DNA from: Methanothrix sp.
GTDB lineage: Archaea; Halobacteriota; Methanosarcinia; Methanotrichales; Methanotrichaceae
Reading direction: 5' to 3'
Assembly: GCA_963682135.1 (NCBI GenBank)
Contig: OY821645.1
Coordinates: 1,248,001 to 1,312,000 of the forward strand
DNA length: 64,000 bases
Shown here one piece after another: positions 39,236 through 49,118 of the stretch (within the stretch, counting starts at the first letter, position 1; the number at the start of each line of letters is the position of its first letter). Below the pieces are notes generated by a model. It saw nothing but the letters and a program-made list of their open reading frames with translations. It was not told where the DNA came from and made no database searches. A program made the translations under genes and the position numbers.

Positions 39236-40174
39236 ATGGGTGAATGCATAAATGATGAAACTCGATATATCGTCGATCTGAGGCGCCACATGTGGATGGA
39301 TGGCATCGAGGTGGAATTGCGACGGCTCATCTGGCAGATTGCCGTTGTCGGGAAATACATTTCTGCAAAGATCCACGAATCCAACCGCAAGCTGGCCGGC
39401 TTCAAGAATGTTTATGACGAGGATCAGTTGGCACTGGACCGCATTTCCGACGACATATTGAAAAATATGCTGCACAACTCCGGATTTGTTCGCGAGTATG
39501 CCTCCGAGGAGCTCGAAGATATCGTAACCATCGGTCAGGGGGGGGAAAAATATATTGTTACCGCCGATCCAGTGGATGGTTCGTCTCTGGTGGATACTAA
39601 TCTGGCCATCGGAACGATCATCGGCATCCATAAAAATTCGATATTTGACAACGGCCACAATTCAATGGTCGCCGCTCTTTATATTACCTACGGCCCGCTC
39701 ATCACCATGATTTATTCGGCCGGAAAGGGCGTGCATGAGTTTGTATTGGATCGCGAAGGAGAGTATGTCCTGTCCGAGGAAAATATCCGGCTCAATGAGA
39801 AGGGGTCGATCTTTTCACCTGGTGGTCTGCGCAAGGACTGGACGGACAAACATCAGAATTACATCAATAAGCTGGAGGCAGACGGCTACAAGTTGCGCTA
39901 CAGCGGAGGTTTTGTTCCCGACATCAATCAGGTGATCATCAAGCGGGGAGGCGTATTCACGTATCCCGCACTGAAAAAATCTCCCCAGGGGAAGCTTCGC
40001 TTGCTGTTTGAACTTCAGCCTATGGCTTTCATTGTAGAGCAGGCCGGCGGCAGAGCAACGGACGGGAAAAATGATATTCTTTCCATTAAAGTGACATCCG
40101 TTAAACAACGGTCACCCATATACATTGGTTCGACCGCGGAAGTGACAATGGCGGGGGAATTTCTGTCGCAATAA
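39236..40174 (+). CDS. fbp: Fructose-1,6-bisphosphatase class I
   Basis: ASEE, DPVDGSS, LRYSGGFVPD, GKLRLLFE motifs. Confidence 0.93.
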   Translation: MGECINDETRYIVDLRRHMWMDGIEVELRRLIWQIAVVGKYISAKIHESNRKLAGFKNVYDEDQLALDRISDDILKNMLHNSGFVREYASEELEDIVTIGQGGEKYIVTADPVDGSSLVDTNLAIGTIIGIHKNSIFDNGHNSMVAALYITYGPLITMIYSAGKGVHEFVLDREGEYVLSEENIRLNEKGSIFSPGGLRKDWTDKHQNYINKLEADGYKLRYSGGFVPDINQVIIKRGGVFTYPALKKSPQGKLRLLFELQPMAFIVEQAGGRATDGKNDILSIKVTSVKQRSPIYIGSTAEVTMAGEFLSQ

Positions 40175-40194
40175 ATTCATTCAATGGGGCAGCA

Positions 40195-41589
40195 ATGATT
40201 TACGAGAATTATGATCTGCTAAAAAAAGGATGCGAATCAATACTCGCCTATGACGATGGTGATGTTCGTGTCTTGGATGAAGCCAGGTTTCAGGAAAAGC
40301 TGATCGATGATTTAATCTATACAGTCGTTTTCAGTCCCGACCCTGCGACTTCGGAAGCGGCGGGGTTTCTGATTCGCCGGAGTGCTGCAACGCTCGGGAT
40401 TATGTCTGCGTCGATCCAATCCCTTTACGAAGCAATTGGAAGGAAAGAGATCGGCGGATTTACTGTTCCGGCGATCAATATCCGCGGCATTACCTACCAT
40501 GTGGCGCAGGCAGTATTTCGTGCTGCAATAAAAGGGAATGTGGGACCTGTTCTTTTTGAGATAGCCCGTTCGGAAATAGGCTACACAAAACAAAAGCCGC
40601 TGGAATACACCTGTGCCGTGATGGCGGCGGCGATTAAATCCGGCTGGCGTGGCCCGATCTTTTTGCAGGGCGATCATTTTCAGATAAACGCCAAGAAGTT
40701 TGCAGCGGACGCAAAAAAGGAAACGCAGACCGTTAAGGATCTGATCCGGGAAGCTATCCAATCCGGTTTTTACAATATCGACATCGATACTTCCACACTG
40801 GTTGATCTGTCGCAGCCCACAGTCAAAGATCAGCAAAGAACGAACTTCACACTTGCTGCAGAGCTGACCGCTCTGATTCGTGATCTGGAGCCGGAAGGCA
40901 TCACTGTGTCCGTGGGTGGCGAAATCGGCGAGGTTGGCGGCAAGAACAGCACAGTCGATGAGCTGATGATTTTCATGGACGGTTATCTGGAAGAACTCAA
41001 GAAACGGGGCGAGGCTTTCAAAGGAATCAGCAAGATCAGCGTCCAAACCGGTACGACTCATGGGGGTGTGCCGCTTGCCGACGGAACGGTTGCAAAAGTC
41101 AAAATTGATTTTGACGTGTTAGAGAAACTTTCAGAGACATCCCGCGAGCAATACGGTTTGTCCGGAGCCGTTCAGCACGGCGCTTCAACGCTTCCCGATG
41201 AAGCATTTGATCGCTTTCCTGCCACCGCAACCGCAGAGATTCATCTGGCTACAGGCTTTCAGAACATGATCTATGACAACAAAGCTTTCCCGGCGGATCT
41301 GCGATCAAATATTTATGATCTTCTGTTAGCCGACATGAAAGGCGAATGGAAAGAAAAGGACACGCAGGAGCAGTTCATCTATAAAACCCGCAAAAAAGCC
41401 TTCGGACCGTTCAAGCGAGAACTGTGGCACCTGCCATCAGTTGTCCGCACCGAAATCTGCACTGAGCTGGAAAGGAAATTCGCCTTTTTATTTGACAAGC
41501 TCAAAGTAAACGGCACACGTCCTGTTCTGGATCAATTCATCAGGCGGGTTGATGTGCCGCAGAAAATGCCCGATGCGCTGAAAGGCTGA
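40195..41589 (+). CDS. fba: Class II fructose-bisphosphate aldolase (long form)
   Basis: VPAINIR, QGDH, GEIGEVG, GTTHGG, VQHGAS Zn-ligand motifs. Confidence 0.88.
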   Translation: MIYENYDLLKKGCESILAYDDGDVRVLDEARFQEKLIDDLIYTVVFSPDPATSEAAGFLIRRSAATLGIMSASIQSLYEAIGRKEIGGFTVPAINIRGITYHVAQAVFRAAIKGNVGPVLFEIARSEIGYTKQKPLEYTCAVMAAAIKSGWRGPIFLQGDHFQINAKKFAADAKKETQTVKDLIREAIQSGFYNIDIDTSTLVDLSQPTVKDQQRTNFTLAAELTALIRDLEPEGITVSVGGEIGEVGGKNSTVDELMIFMDGYLEELKKRGEAFKGISKISVQTGTTHGGVPLADGTVAKVKIDFDVLEKLSETSREQYGLSGAVQHGASTLPDEAFDRFPATATAEIHLATGFQNMIYDNKAFPADLRSNIYDLLLADMKGEWKEKDTQEQFIYKTRKKAFGPFKRELWHLPSVVRTEICTELERKFAFLFDKLKVNGTRPVLDQFIRRVDVPQKMPDALKG

Positions 41590-41594
41590 AAGCA

Positions 41595-42710
41595 ATGACC
41601 AAGATCACAATCAGCTTAATAAAAGCCGATGTGGGCGGCTATCCCGGCCACTCCTCGGTCCATCCCGCATTGATTGAGACCGCAGAGTCGAAGCTTGCTC
41701 AGGCCAAGAAGTCCGGCGCACTGATAGACTTTAGGGTGCTTGCCTGCGGCGACGACCTGGAGCTTCTCATGAGCCACACGAAAGGCTGCGACAGCGGCGA
41801 AGTGCATGCTCTGGCCTGGGAGACCTTCGAGGAGGCCACTGAGGTCGCCAAGAAGCTCAAGCTCTACGGTGCGGGTCAAGATCTCTTGGCGGACGCCTTC
41901 TCCGGCAACATTCGCGGCATGGGTCCAGGCGTGGCGGAGATGGAGATAGAAGAGCGAACCAGCGAACCAATAGTCGCTTTCATGATGGACAAGACGGAGC
42001 CAGGGGCCTTCAATCTGCCCATCTTTAAGATGTTTGCCGATCCATTCAACACCGCCGGTCTGGTGATAGATCCTGCCTGCCATCATGGCTTCACCTTCGA
42101 GATCTGGGATATCATGGAGCACAAGAAGGTCTTCATGGACTGTCCGGACGAGATGTACGATCTTCTGGCCCTCATCGGCGCCAAGAGCCGCTATGTGATT
42201 AAGAGAGTATTTTGTAAGCCCAACAGCAAGATCTCCGAGCAGGAGGCTGTGGCGGTAGTGAGCACAGAGAAGCTCTACCAGACGGCAGGAACATACGTTG
42301 GCAAGGATGACCCCGTGGCCCTGGTGCGCTGCCAGTCCGGGCTGCCCGCTCTGGGCGAGGTACTGGAGCCCTTCGCCCTGGGACACCTGGTCTCGGGATG
42401 GATGCGCGGCAGCCACAACGGCCCCCTCATGCCCTGCTCCTTTGAGACGGCGCACCCCACCAGATTTGACGGCCCGCCCCGCGTCATTGCCGCCGGCTTC
42501 CAGATGGCTTACGGAAACTTCATGGGTCCCGTCGATCTCTTCAAGGATGTGGCCTTCGACCGGGTTCGGCAGAAGTGCCTGGAGATTACTGACTACATGA
42601 GGGCGCACGGCCCCTTCGAGCCGGGAAGGCTGCCCATGGAAGATATGGAATACACCACTCTGCCCCACGTCATGAAGCTGCTGGCGGACAGGTTTGTGAA
42701 GGCGGAGTAG
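41595..42710 (+). CDS. fbp: Bifunctional fructose-1,6-bisphosphate aldolase/phosphatase (FBPase class V)
   Basis: IKADVGG..GH, GDD, YGAGQDLL.DAFSGN, DKTEPGAFN, YVGKDDP, GWMRGSH, MEYTT. Confidence 0.95.
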   Translation: MTKITISLIKADVGGYPGHSSVHPALIETAESKLAQAKKSGALIDFRVLACGDDLELLMSHTKGCDSGEVHALAWETFEEATEVAKKLKLYGAGQDLLADAFSGNIRGMGPGVAEMEIEERTSEPIVAFMMDKTEPGAFNLPIFKMFADPFNTAGLVIDPACHHGFTFEIWDIMEHKKVFMDCPDEMYDLLALIGAKSRYVIKRVFCKPNSKISEQEAVAVVSTEKLYQTAGTYVGKDDPVALVRCQSGLPALGEVLEPFALGHLVSGWMRGSHNGPLMPCSFETAHPTRFDGPPRVIAAGFQMAYGNFMGPVDLFKDVAFDRVRQKCLEITDYMRAHGPFEPGRLPMEDMEYTTLPHVMKLLADRFVKAE

Positions 42711-42774
42711 GCGCTTCGCTAGTTTGGAATCCAACACGGATAAGAAAGTGATTGTTGCAAGAGTGGATAATTAG

Positions 42775-43254
42775 ATGCTAGAGAGCCAGGTCGCTGAAGA
42801 GATAAAAGAAGCTGAGGCCACCCCTGCAAAGCCAAAATCGCGCCGCCGCCTCAAGGTGGCCCATCCTGAACGCTGCATCGGCTGCGATAGCTGCATGTTT
42901 GCCTGCAGCCGCACGCGCACAGGCACCGTCTCCCTGCAAAACAGCGCCATCAAGGTGCAGACGCAGGGCGGAATTGAAGGCGATTTCCGTGTGATCGTCT
43001 GCCGGGCCTGTCAGGATCCGCCCTGTGCCCGAGCCTGCCCCACGGGCGCTATGGAGAAGAGGCCAAACGGCAGTGTAGTCTTTCACAAAGATCGCTGCAT
43101 CGGCTGCGGCAGCTGCGAAAAGGCCTGCCTGGTGGGGGCAGTAACCCTGAACAAGGATAAGAAGCCCATCAAATGCATTCACTGTGGAGCCTGCGTAGAC
43201 TTCTGTCCGCATGGCGTGCTCCAGTTGGAGGAGATCCCAGCCTCGGGAGGATGA
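42775..43254 (+). CDS. 4Fe-4S dicluster protein, probable small subunit of the downstream oxidoreductase
   Basis: Four Cys clusters (CIGCDSC, CRACQDPPCARAC, CIGCGSC, CIHCGACVDFC). Confidence 0.9.
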   Translation: MLESQVAEEIKEAEATPAKPKSRRRLKVAHPERCIGCDSCMFACSRTRTGTVSLQNSAIKVQTQGGIEGDFRVIVCRACQDPPCARACPTGAMEKRPNGSVVFHKDRCIGCGSCEKACLVGAVTLNKDKKPIKCIHCGACVDFCPHGVLQLEEIPASGG

Positions 43255-43255
43255 A

Positions 43256-44992
43256 ATGCTGCGAAAAGTTCTGTATATCGATCTTTCCAAAGGAGAATCA
43301 TGGGTTGAAGAGAAGCAGGAACTCTTCGAGAACTGGATGGGCGGGACGGGCGTGGGAATTCGGCTCCTCCAGGAGGAGTGCCCCCCAGGCACAGATCCTC
43401 TCTCGCCCCAGGCGCCCATAATCCTCTCCATTGGTCCCCTCAACGGCATATTTCCCGTGGCCACCAAGACGGTAGCCACCTTCAAATCCCCGCTTACAGG
43501 TGAATTGGGCGAATCTTATGCAGGAGGTAGGCTCTCTTTAGCCTTGAGGTTTGCCGGGCATGAGGCCGTGGTCATCCGCGGCCAGGCAGAGAAGCCTTCT
43601 TACATATCCATTAACGATTCAATCGTATTGATCAAAGACGCCACATCGATTTGGGGCATAGATGCTCAGACCTCGGGCGTGATCCTACGCGATCGCGAAC
43701 CGGGTGTGGGCAAAAGAAGCATCATTCGTATCGGCCCGGCGGGCGAGACTGGAGTAAGATATGCGGGTGTGGTAGTGGACACCTACCGCCACTTCGGGCG
43801 ACTGGGCCTTGGCGCCGTTTTCGGCTCCAAGAGACTCAAGGCCATGGTGATCTCGGGAACGGAGACAATCGATGTTCCTGATATCAAACGCTACAAAGAG
43901 ATCTACAACAGGCTCTACAAGATCACAGTGCAGACGGATGTCATGGAGAAGTACCATGATATCGGAACTTCCGTAAACATTAAAACCTTGAATTGGCTCA
44001 AGGGTCTGCCCACCAAAAATTTCCTTCTCTCCAGCTTTGCAGAAGGCGAAAAGATCAGCGGGGAAGCCTTCGCAGATAATCAGCTCATTCGCAGGCTCTC
44101 TTGCGCCGGCTGCCCCATCGGCTGTGTGCATATCGCCGCTATGAAGACGGCCTTTTCCAAACATCACGAATTCGAGGTAAGAAAGGTCTCCTATGATTAC
44201 GAGCCCATCTACTCCCTGGGCTCGAACCTGGGTGTGGACCAGGCGGAAGGAGTGTTGCAGCTCATAGATGTCTGTGAGAGGTTGGGCCTGGATGTCATGT
44301 CGGCGGGAGTGGTCCTCTCCTGGGCCACCGAGGCTCTGGAAAAGGGATTGATCACGAGCAAAGAGACCCAGGACGTTTTGCTACAGTGGAACAACGTGGA
44401 AGGCTACACAAGAGCTTTAGAGAACATAGTCAAGGCTCCCAATGAGTTCTACGCCGCACTTGCACGAGGAGCGGATTATGCTGCGCAAAAGTATGGCGGC
44501 ACCGAGTATGCCATGACTCTAGGAGGAAACGAGGTCTCAGGCTACCATACCGGCCCTGCTTCCATCGTAGGCCAGCTGGTGGGCGTGCGCCACTCTCATT
44601 TGGATAACGCCGGGTATGCCGTCGACCAGAAGGCGATCAAAAAGCACATGGATGCAGAGGTGATGGTCGATGAGATCATCAAGGAGGACAATTCCCGCGG
44701 CGTCTTCAACTCCCTGGTGGGCTGTTTGTTCGCCCGGGGAGTTTACACGGAAGAGAACATCATCGACTCATTGGGAGCGGTGGGCATAGTCAAGACAAAG
44801 GAAGATCTGCAAGAGCTGGGCCAAAGGATCTTTGAGGAAAAGTATAAATTCAAGGTGCAGGAGGGCTTCGATCTCTCCCGCGCCAGCATTCCCAAAAGGT
44901 TCTATGAGACCGTCTCTGCTGCGGGATTGGTGGCACCCGAGACGGTGGAAGAGATGCTCAAGATCTATCGAAAGAAGAGAGGTTGGAGCTAA
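43256..44992 (+). CDS. Aldehyde:ferredoxin oxidoreductase family (W/Mo-pterin) protein, GOR-like
   Basis: KSPLTG, GRLGLGAVFGSKRLKA, CAGCPIGC, GLDVMS; starts 2 nt after the Fe-S gene's stop. Confidence 0.88.
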   Translation: MLRKVLYIDLSKGESWVEEKQELFENWMGGTGVGIRLLQEECPPGTDPLSPQAPIILSIGPLNGIFPVATKTVATFKSPLTGELGESYAGGRLSLALRFAGHEAVVIRGQAEKPSYISINDSIVLIKDATSIWGIDAQTSGVILRDREPGVGKRSIIRIGPAGETGVRYAGVVVDTYRHFGRLGLGAVFGSKRLKAMVISGTETIDVPDIKRYKEIYNRLYKITVQTDVMEKYHDIGTSVNIKTLNWLKGLPTKNFLLSSFAEGEKISGEAFADNQLIRRLSCAGCPIGCVHIAAMKTAFSKHHEFEVRKVSYDYEPIYSLGSNLGVDQAEGVLQLIDVCERLGLDVMSAGVVLSWATEALEKGLITSKETQDVLLQWNNVEGYTRALENIVKAPNEFYAALARGADYAAQKYGGTEYAMTLGGNEVSGYHTGPASIVGQLVGVRHSHLDNAGYAVDQKAIKKHMDAEVMVDEIIKEDNSRGVFNSLVGCLFARGVYTEENIIDSLGAVGIVKTKEDLQELGQRIFEEKYKFKVQEGFDLSRASIPKRFYETVSAAGLVAPETVEEMLKIYRKKRGWS

Positions 44993-45025
44993 ACATAGTC
45001 AAATAATTATATCTAGATTCAGCCT

Positions 45026-45697
45026 CTACTTTGCCACTTCTTTTTCAGGCCGGGGTTTTGCTCCGTTCCTCTTTTTAGGGGAAGGCCTCACTCTTGCGGC
45101 AGAATTCTTCTCCACCTTCTTCCCTTCCAGGACATTTTCCACCTGGTCAGTCCCGAGATCCCGGATCATGCCCCTTCTGGCCATCCTATCCTTGATCATC
45201 CTCCGGACCTCATCTCCTCCCACAGAGAAGACCTCCCCGAGCAACTCCACGGCCACATCCAGCTCCCGGCCCACCTGCGGGTCTCCGGACGCACACCGGC
45301 CAGCCAGATCGCTAAGATGATCCAGGGGCTTATCTACCAGCTGTGAGGAGTATTTGTCAGGCTCTTCCCGGTAGATTTTGAGCATGCCGAAGATGTAAGG
45401 ATAGAGGGGCGTCTCGGGACTGATCCGGTAGAAGGTGTTGGTCTTCTTCTTGGCCTCATCACGAGGCGAGGGCAGTATTCGCCGCTCCATGGAGACGACC
45501 CCCAGGCGCTCCAGCTTGTCCAGTTTGTTCATGAGAGTGGTCTGGTTCCAGAAGGGGCCGCCCCCAGTGGGTCCATTATCCCGCCAGATCTGATTAAGCT
45601 GTACGTACCCGCCCTTTCGCTTAAGGTAAATCAGGAGAGAAGCCAGAGGAGCTTGATCGCGCTGCAGAGCGGAATAACGGATAAACTCATCCAACAT
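45026..45697 (-). CDS. Hypothetical protein with a possible winged-helix domain
   Basis: TTLMNKLDKLERLGVV...TFYRI resembles a wHTH recognition helix and wing; basic C-terminal tail. Confidence 0.55.
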   Translation of the reverse strand: MLDEFIRYSALQRDQAPLASLLIYLKRKGGYVQLNQIWRDNGPTGGGPFWNQTTLMNKLDKLERLGVVSMERRILPSPRDEAKKKTNTFYRISPETPLYPYIFGMLKIYREEPDKYSSQLVDKPLDHLSDLAGRCASGDPQVGRELDVAVELLGEVFSVGGDEVRRMIKDRMARRGMIRDLGTDQVENVLEGKKVEKNSAARVRPSPKKRNGAKPRPEKEVAK

Positions 45698-45789
45698 GTA
45701 CGTAGTTAGGGCGAATATACTCCATATTCTTTTCGGCCGATTTCCATACTCAAAGCATTTTTAATCCACCTCGCTATTTGTATACATTC

Positions 45790-46995
45790 ATGCAAGCGAT
45801 CATTCTCGCTGCGGGCGAGGGGAGCCGCATGCGTCCCTTGACCACCAATCAGCCCAAGGTAATGCTGCCTGTGGCAGGAAAGCCTCTGCTGGAGCACATA
45901 ATCTTGCGGGCTCACGACGCAGGTGCGGACCGTTTCGTTCTGGTGGTAGGATACGGGGCGAAGAGCGTGCGATCATACTTCGGTGACGGCAGCCGCCTGG
46001 GCGTGAAAATAGATTATGCCGACCAGGATAAACAGCTGGGCACCGGTCACGCCCTTATGGCCGCCCAAAGAAAGGCAGAGGAACGATTCCTGGTTTTAAA
46101 CGGTGATGTGCTACCTGATGGGGCATCCCTGCGGAAAATGGTGCGCGGCAGTACTGCCGTCTCGGCTATCAAGGTTGATGACCCCCGGAGATACGGTGTA
46201 TTTCAGGCAGAAGGAGATATATTCAAATCAGTAGTAGAGAAGAGTGCCAATCCGCCCTCCAATTTGGCCAATGCCGGCATCTACTTTTTTGAGAGAAGCA
46301 TCTTCGAAGCGATGCGATCAGCGCCGCTATCAGAGAGAGGAGAGTACGAGCTGACGGACGGCCTGAACCGACTGGGCTGCCAGGAGAAGATCAGAATCAT
46401 CACACTGAAGAGCTGGCTGGAGATCGGCCGGCCCTGGGATATCCTGGACGCCAACATGGTCATGCTCCCGGATATCAAGCCAGGCATCTTTGGCGAGGTT
46501 GAACACGGCGCGACTTTGTCTGGCGATGTGTCCATCGGCCGAGGAACAATCGTTCGCTCTGGAGCCTACATCGTGGGACCGGTCTTGATCGGAGAAGACT
46601 GCGACATTGGACCCAACTGCTACATCCGGCCCACGACCTGCATAGGCGACAAAGTCCGCATAGGAAATGCTGTCGAGGTTAAAAACAGCGCCATCATGAA
46701 CGGTAGCAAGATCGGCCACCTCTCCTATGTTGGAGATAGCATTATCGCAGAGAACTGCAATTTCGGGGCGGGAACCGTCTGCTCTAATTTGCGTCATGAC
46801 AAGGGCAATATAAAATCGTTCATCAAAGGAGAACGAGTGGATAGCGGCAGGCGCAAATTGGGCGTGATCATGGGAGACGATGTCATGACAGGTATCAATA
46901 CTTCGATCTACCCCGGAACGGTCATCACGTCCGGGTTCCGGGGACTGCCGGCAGCCATTCACAAAGGCCTGGTACAATCCGGCAAAGAAGGCTGA
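45790..46995 (+). CDS. glmU: Bifunctional sugar-1-phosphate nucleotidyltransferase/acetyltransferase (archaeal GlmU)
   Basis: ILAAGEGSRMRP, PKVMLP, hexapeptide repeats, HLSYVGDS, NFGAGT. Confidence 0.9.
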   Translation: MQAIILAAGEGSRMRPLTTNQPKVMLPVAGKPLLEHIILRAHDAGADRFVLVVGYGAKSVRSYFGDGSRLGVKIDYADQDKQLGTGHALMAAQRKAEERFLVLNGDVLPDGASLRKMVRGSTAVSAIKVDDPRRYGVFQAEGDIFKSVVEKSANPPSNLANAGIYFFERSIFEAMRSAPLSERGEYELTDGLNRLGCQEKIRIITLKSWLEIGRPWDILDANMVMLPDIKPGIFGEVEHGATLSGDVSIGRGTIVRSGAYIVGPVLIGEDCDIGPNCYIRPTTCIGDKVRIGNAVEVKNSAIMNGSKIGHLSYVGDSIIAENCNFGAGTVCSNLRHDKGNIKSFIKGERVDSGRRKLGVIMGDDVMTGINTSIYPGTVITSGFRGLPAAIHKGLVQSGKEG

Positions 46996-47072
46996 ATATG
47001 ACAAGCCTTTTCAAGGCAAAGGATGATCAGAGGACAGAAATGAAAAAAATCGCAGCTACGAGGAGAACCAGG

Positions 47073-48176
47073 ATGAGAGATTTTATTCCCATAGCCAAGC
47101 CCATCATAGGCGATGAAGAGATTAAAGCAGTAGGTGAGGTGCTGAAAAGCGGTATGCTCGCCCAGGGCGAAAGCGTCAAACGCTTTGAAGATGAATTCTC
47201 CGGCTATCTGGGTGTGAAAAATGCCATTGCAGTAAACAACGGCACCGTAGCCCTGGATCTGACCATCAAGGCCCTGGGGTTGAAGCCTGGGGACGAGGTT
47301 ATAACGCCCGCCTTCACATTTATTGCTACCGCCAACTGCGCCATCTATAATGGCCTGCGACCCGTCTTTGCTGATGTGGACCCGAAGACCTTCAATATCG
47401 ATCCCGATGACCTGCAAAGAAGAATAACTCCCCACACCAGGGCCGTGATCGGCGTTCACCTCTACGGCCAGCCCTTCGACCTCTCGGCAGTATCGGATAT
47501 CTGCCAGGACGGGAATATAGCCCTGGTAGAAGACTGCGCTCAATCCCATGGAGCCGAATACCATGGCAAGAAGGTCGGCTCATTTGGCAGTGCAGGCTGC
47601 TTCTCCTTCTACCCCACCAAGAACATGACCACCGGCGAGGGTGGCATGATCACCACCAACGATGATGCCCTGGCCGCCCGTCTGCGCCTGCTGAGAAGCC
47701 ATGGAGACACGGGCAAGTACAACCACGCCACATTGGGCTACAATTACAGGATGATGAATTTACAGGGAGCAATCGGTCTGGTGCAGCTGGGGCGACTGGA
47801 GGAGTTCACGGCCAAGAGGATTTTGAATGCCGCATTTTTAAATGACAACATCAAGATCAAGGGCATCACTACTCCATTTCAGGCCAAAGATGTCAGGCAC
47901 GTTTATCATCAGTATGTGGTGCGGGTGGAGGAGAGCTTTGCCTCTTCCCGGGAGAAGCTGATGGAGTACCTTCAGGCTAAGGGAATAGGCAATGCCGTTC
48001 ACTACCCCAAGGCGGTTTACGAGCAGCCCCTCTACCGGGAGTTGGGCTATAACAACGAGAGCTGCCCTGTGTCCGAAGAGGTCTCCCACAAGGTGTTGAG
48101 CCTGCCTGTGCATCCCTCTCTCAGCAAGGAAGACTTGTTGTACATCTGCGAGACCATAAATTCCTTCGAGGCCTGA
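47073..48176 (+). CDS. DegT/DnrJ/EryC1/StrS aminotransferase (WbpE-like)
   Basis: VHLYGQ, EDCAQSHG, SFYPTKNMTTGEGG, GYNYRM. Start taken at ATG 47073. Confidence 0.92.
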   Translation: MRDFIPIAKPIIGDEEIKAVGEVLKSGMLAQGESVKRFEDEFSGYLGVKNAIAVNNGTVALDLTIKALGLKPGDEVITPAFTFIATANCAIYNGLRPVFADVDPKTFNIDPDDLQRRITPHTRAVIGVHLYGQPFDLSAVSDICQDGNIALVEDCAQSHGAEYHGKKVGSFGSAGCFSFYPTKNMTTGEGGMITTNDDALAARLRLLRSHGDTGKYNHATLGYNYRMMNLQGAIGLVQLGRLEEFTAKRILNAAFLNDNIKIKGITTPFQAKDVRHVYHQYVVRVEESFASSREKLMEYLQAKGIGNAVHYPKAVYEQPLYRELGYNNESCPVSEEVSHKVLSLPVHPSLSKEDLLYICETINSFEA

Positions 48177-48178
48177 AC

Positions 48179-49102
48179 ATGGACGTTGGAGTCATCGGCG
48201 TAGGGGCCATGGGCCGAAATCATGTGCGGGTCTACTCGGAGATGAAAGGGGTAGGAACTGTTTATGTCTATGATCCGGTCTCTGAAAGCGCAGAGCACTC
48301 CCGGGAGTTTGCCACAATATGCAATTCATTGGAAGAGCTGCTGCGCCAGGTGGATGCAGTCAGCATCTGCGTGCCAACCAGGTACCACTTCGATACAGCC
48401 AAAAAAGTAATCGAAGCCGGGATTAACTGCCTTATTGAGAAACCCATCACATTGACAGTTGCTGAGGGGGTGCAGCTCACAAGAATCATCGATGGCAAAG
48501 AGCTGGTCGTGGGAGTGGGCCACATCGAGAGGTTCAACCCCATCGTGGCGGAGATGACAAAGATTGCCCAGCGACCTGATTATGTGTCCATCAAGAGACA
48601 TAATCCCACCTCCAGCCGCATCACCGATGCTTCTGTGGTAGAGGACCTCATGATCCATGACATCGACATTGCCTTCAATGTGCTTTTCAAGGGAGAGAGC
48701 GACTACAAGATATTCAGTGCGGGAAGCACAAACGTCTGCGAGGCTCTGGCCGTCTTCCCGGGCTGTGTGGTCTCCATCTCCGCCAGCCGCTTATCCTCCA
48801 AGAAGTTTCGTACTTTTTATGTTGAATCCGAGGACTATACGGCGGAAGGCGACTTCATGACCCAGGAGGTTTACATCTATCGTAAGCCCGGCAAGTACGG
48901 CGTGGAAAATGAGCGATACACCCAGGAGAACATCATCGAGAAGGTTCTGGTAAACAAGGTCGAGCCCCTGAAGGTAGAGCTGAAGACATTTTTGGACTGC
49001 GTCAAGAACAATAAGAGCTTCCCAGTCACGCCGCAAGAAGCCCTGAAGAACCTGCAAATTTGCGAGCAAATCAAGCAGGGATTGCAAATAAATAAGCCAT
49101 AG
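48179..49102 (+). CDS. Gfo/Idh/MocA oxidoreductase (WbpB-like UDP-sugar 3-dehydrogenase)
   Basis: GVGAMG, EKP, GHIERFNP, DLMIHDID. Confidence 0.9.
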   Translation: MDVGVIGVGAMGRNHVRVYSEMKGVGTVYVYDPVSESAEHSREFATICNSLEELLRQVDAVSICVPTRYHFDTAKKVIEAGINCLIEKPITLTVAEGVQLTRIIDGKELVVGVGHIERFNPIVAEMTKIAQRPDYVSIKRHNPTSSRITDASVVEDLMIHDIDIAFNVLFKGESDYKIFSAGSTNVCEALAVFPGCVVSISASRLSSKKFRTFYVESEDYTAEGDFMTQEVYIYRKPGKYGVENERYTQENIIEKVLVNKVEPLKVELKTFLDCVKNNKSFPVTPQEALKNLQICEQIKQGLQINKP

Positions 49103-49118
49103 GACGAGAAGAGGGGAA

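Noticed and set aside
41616-42737. 373-aa ORF antisense to FBP aldolase/phosphatase
   Set aside because: Antisense shadow explained by the codon bias of the real gene.
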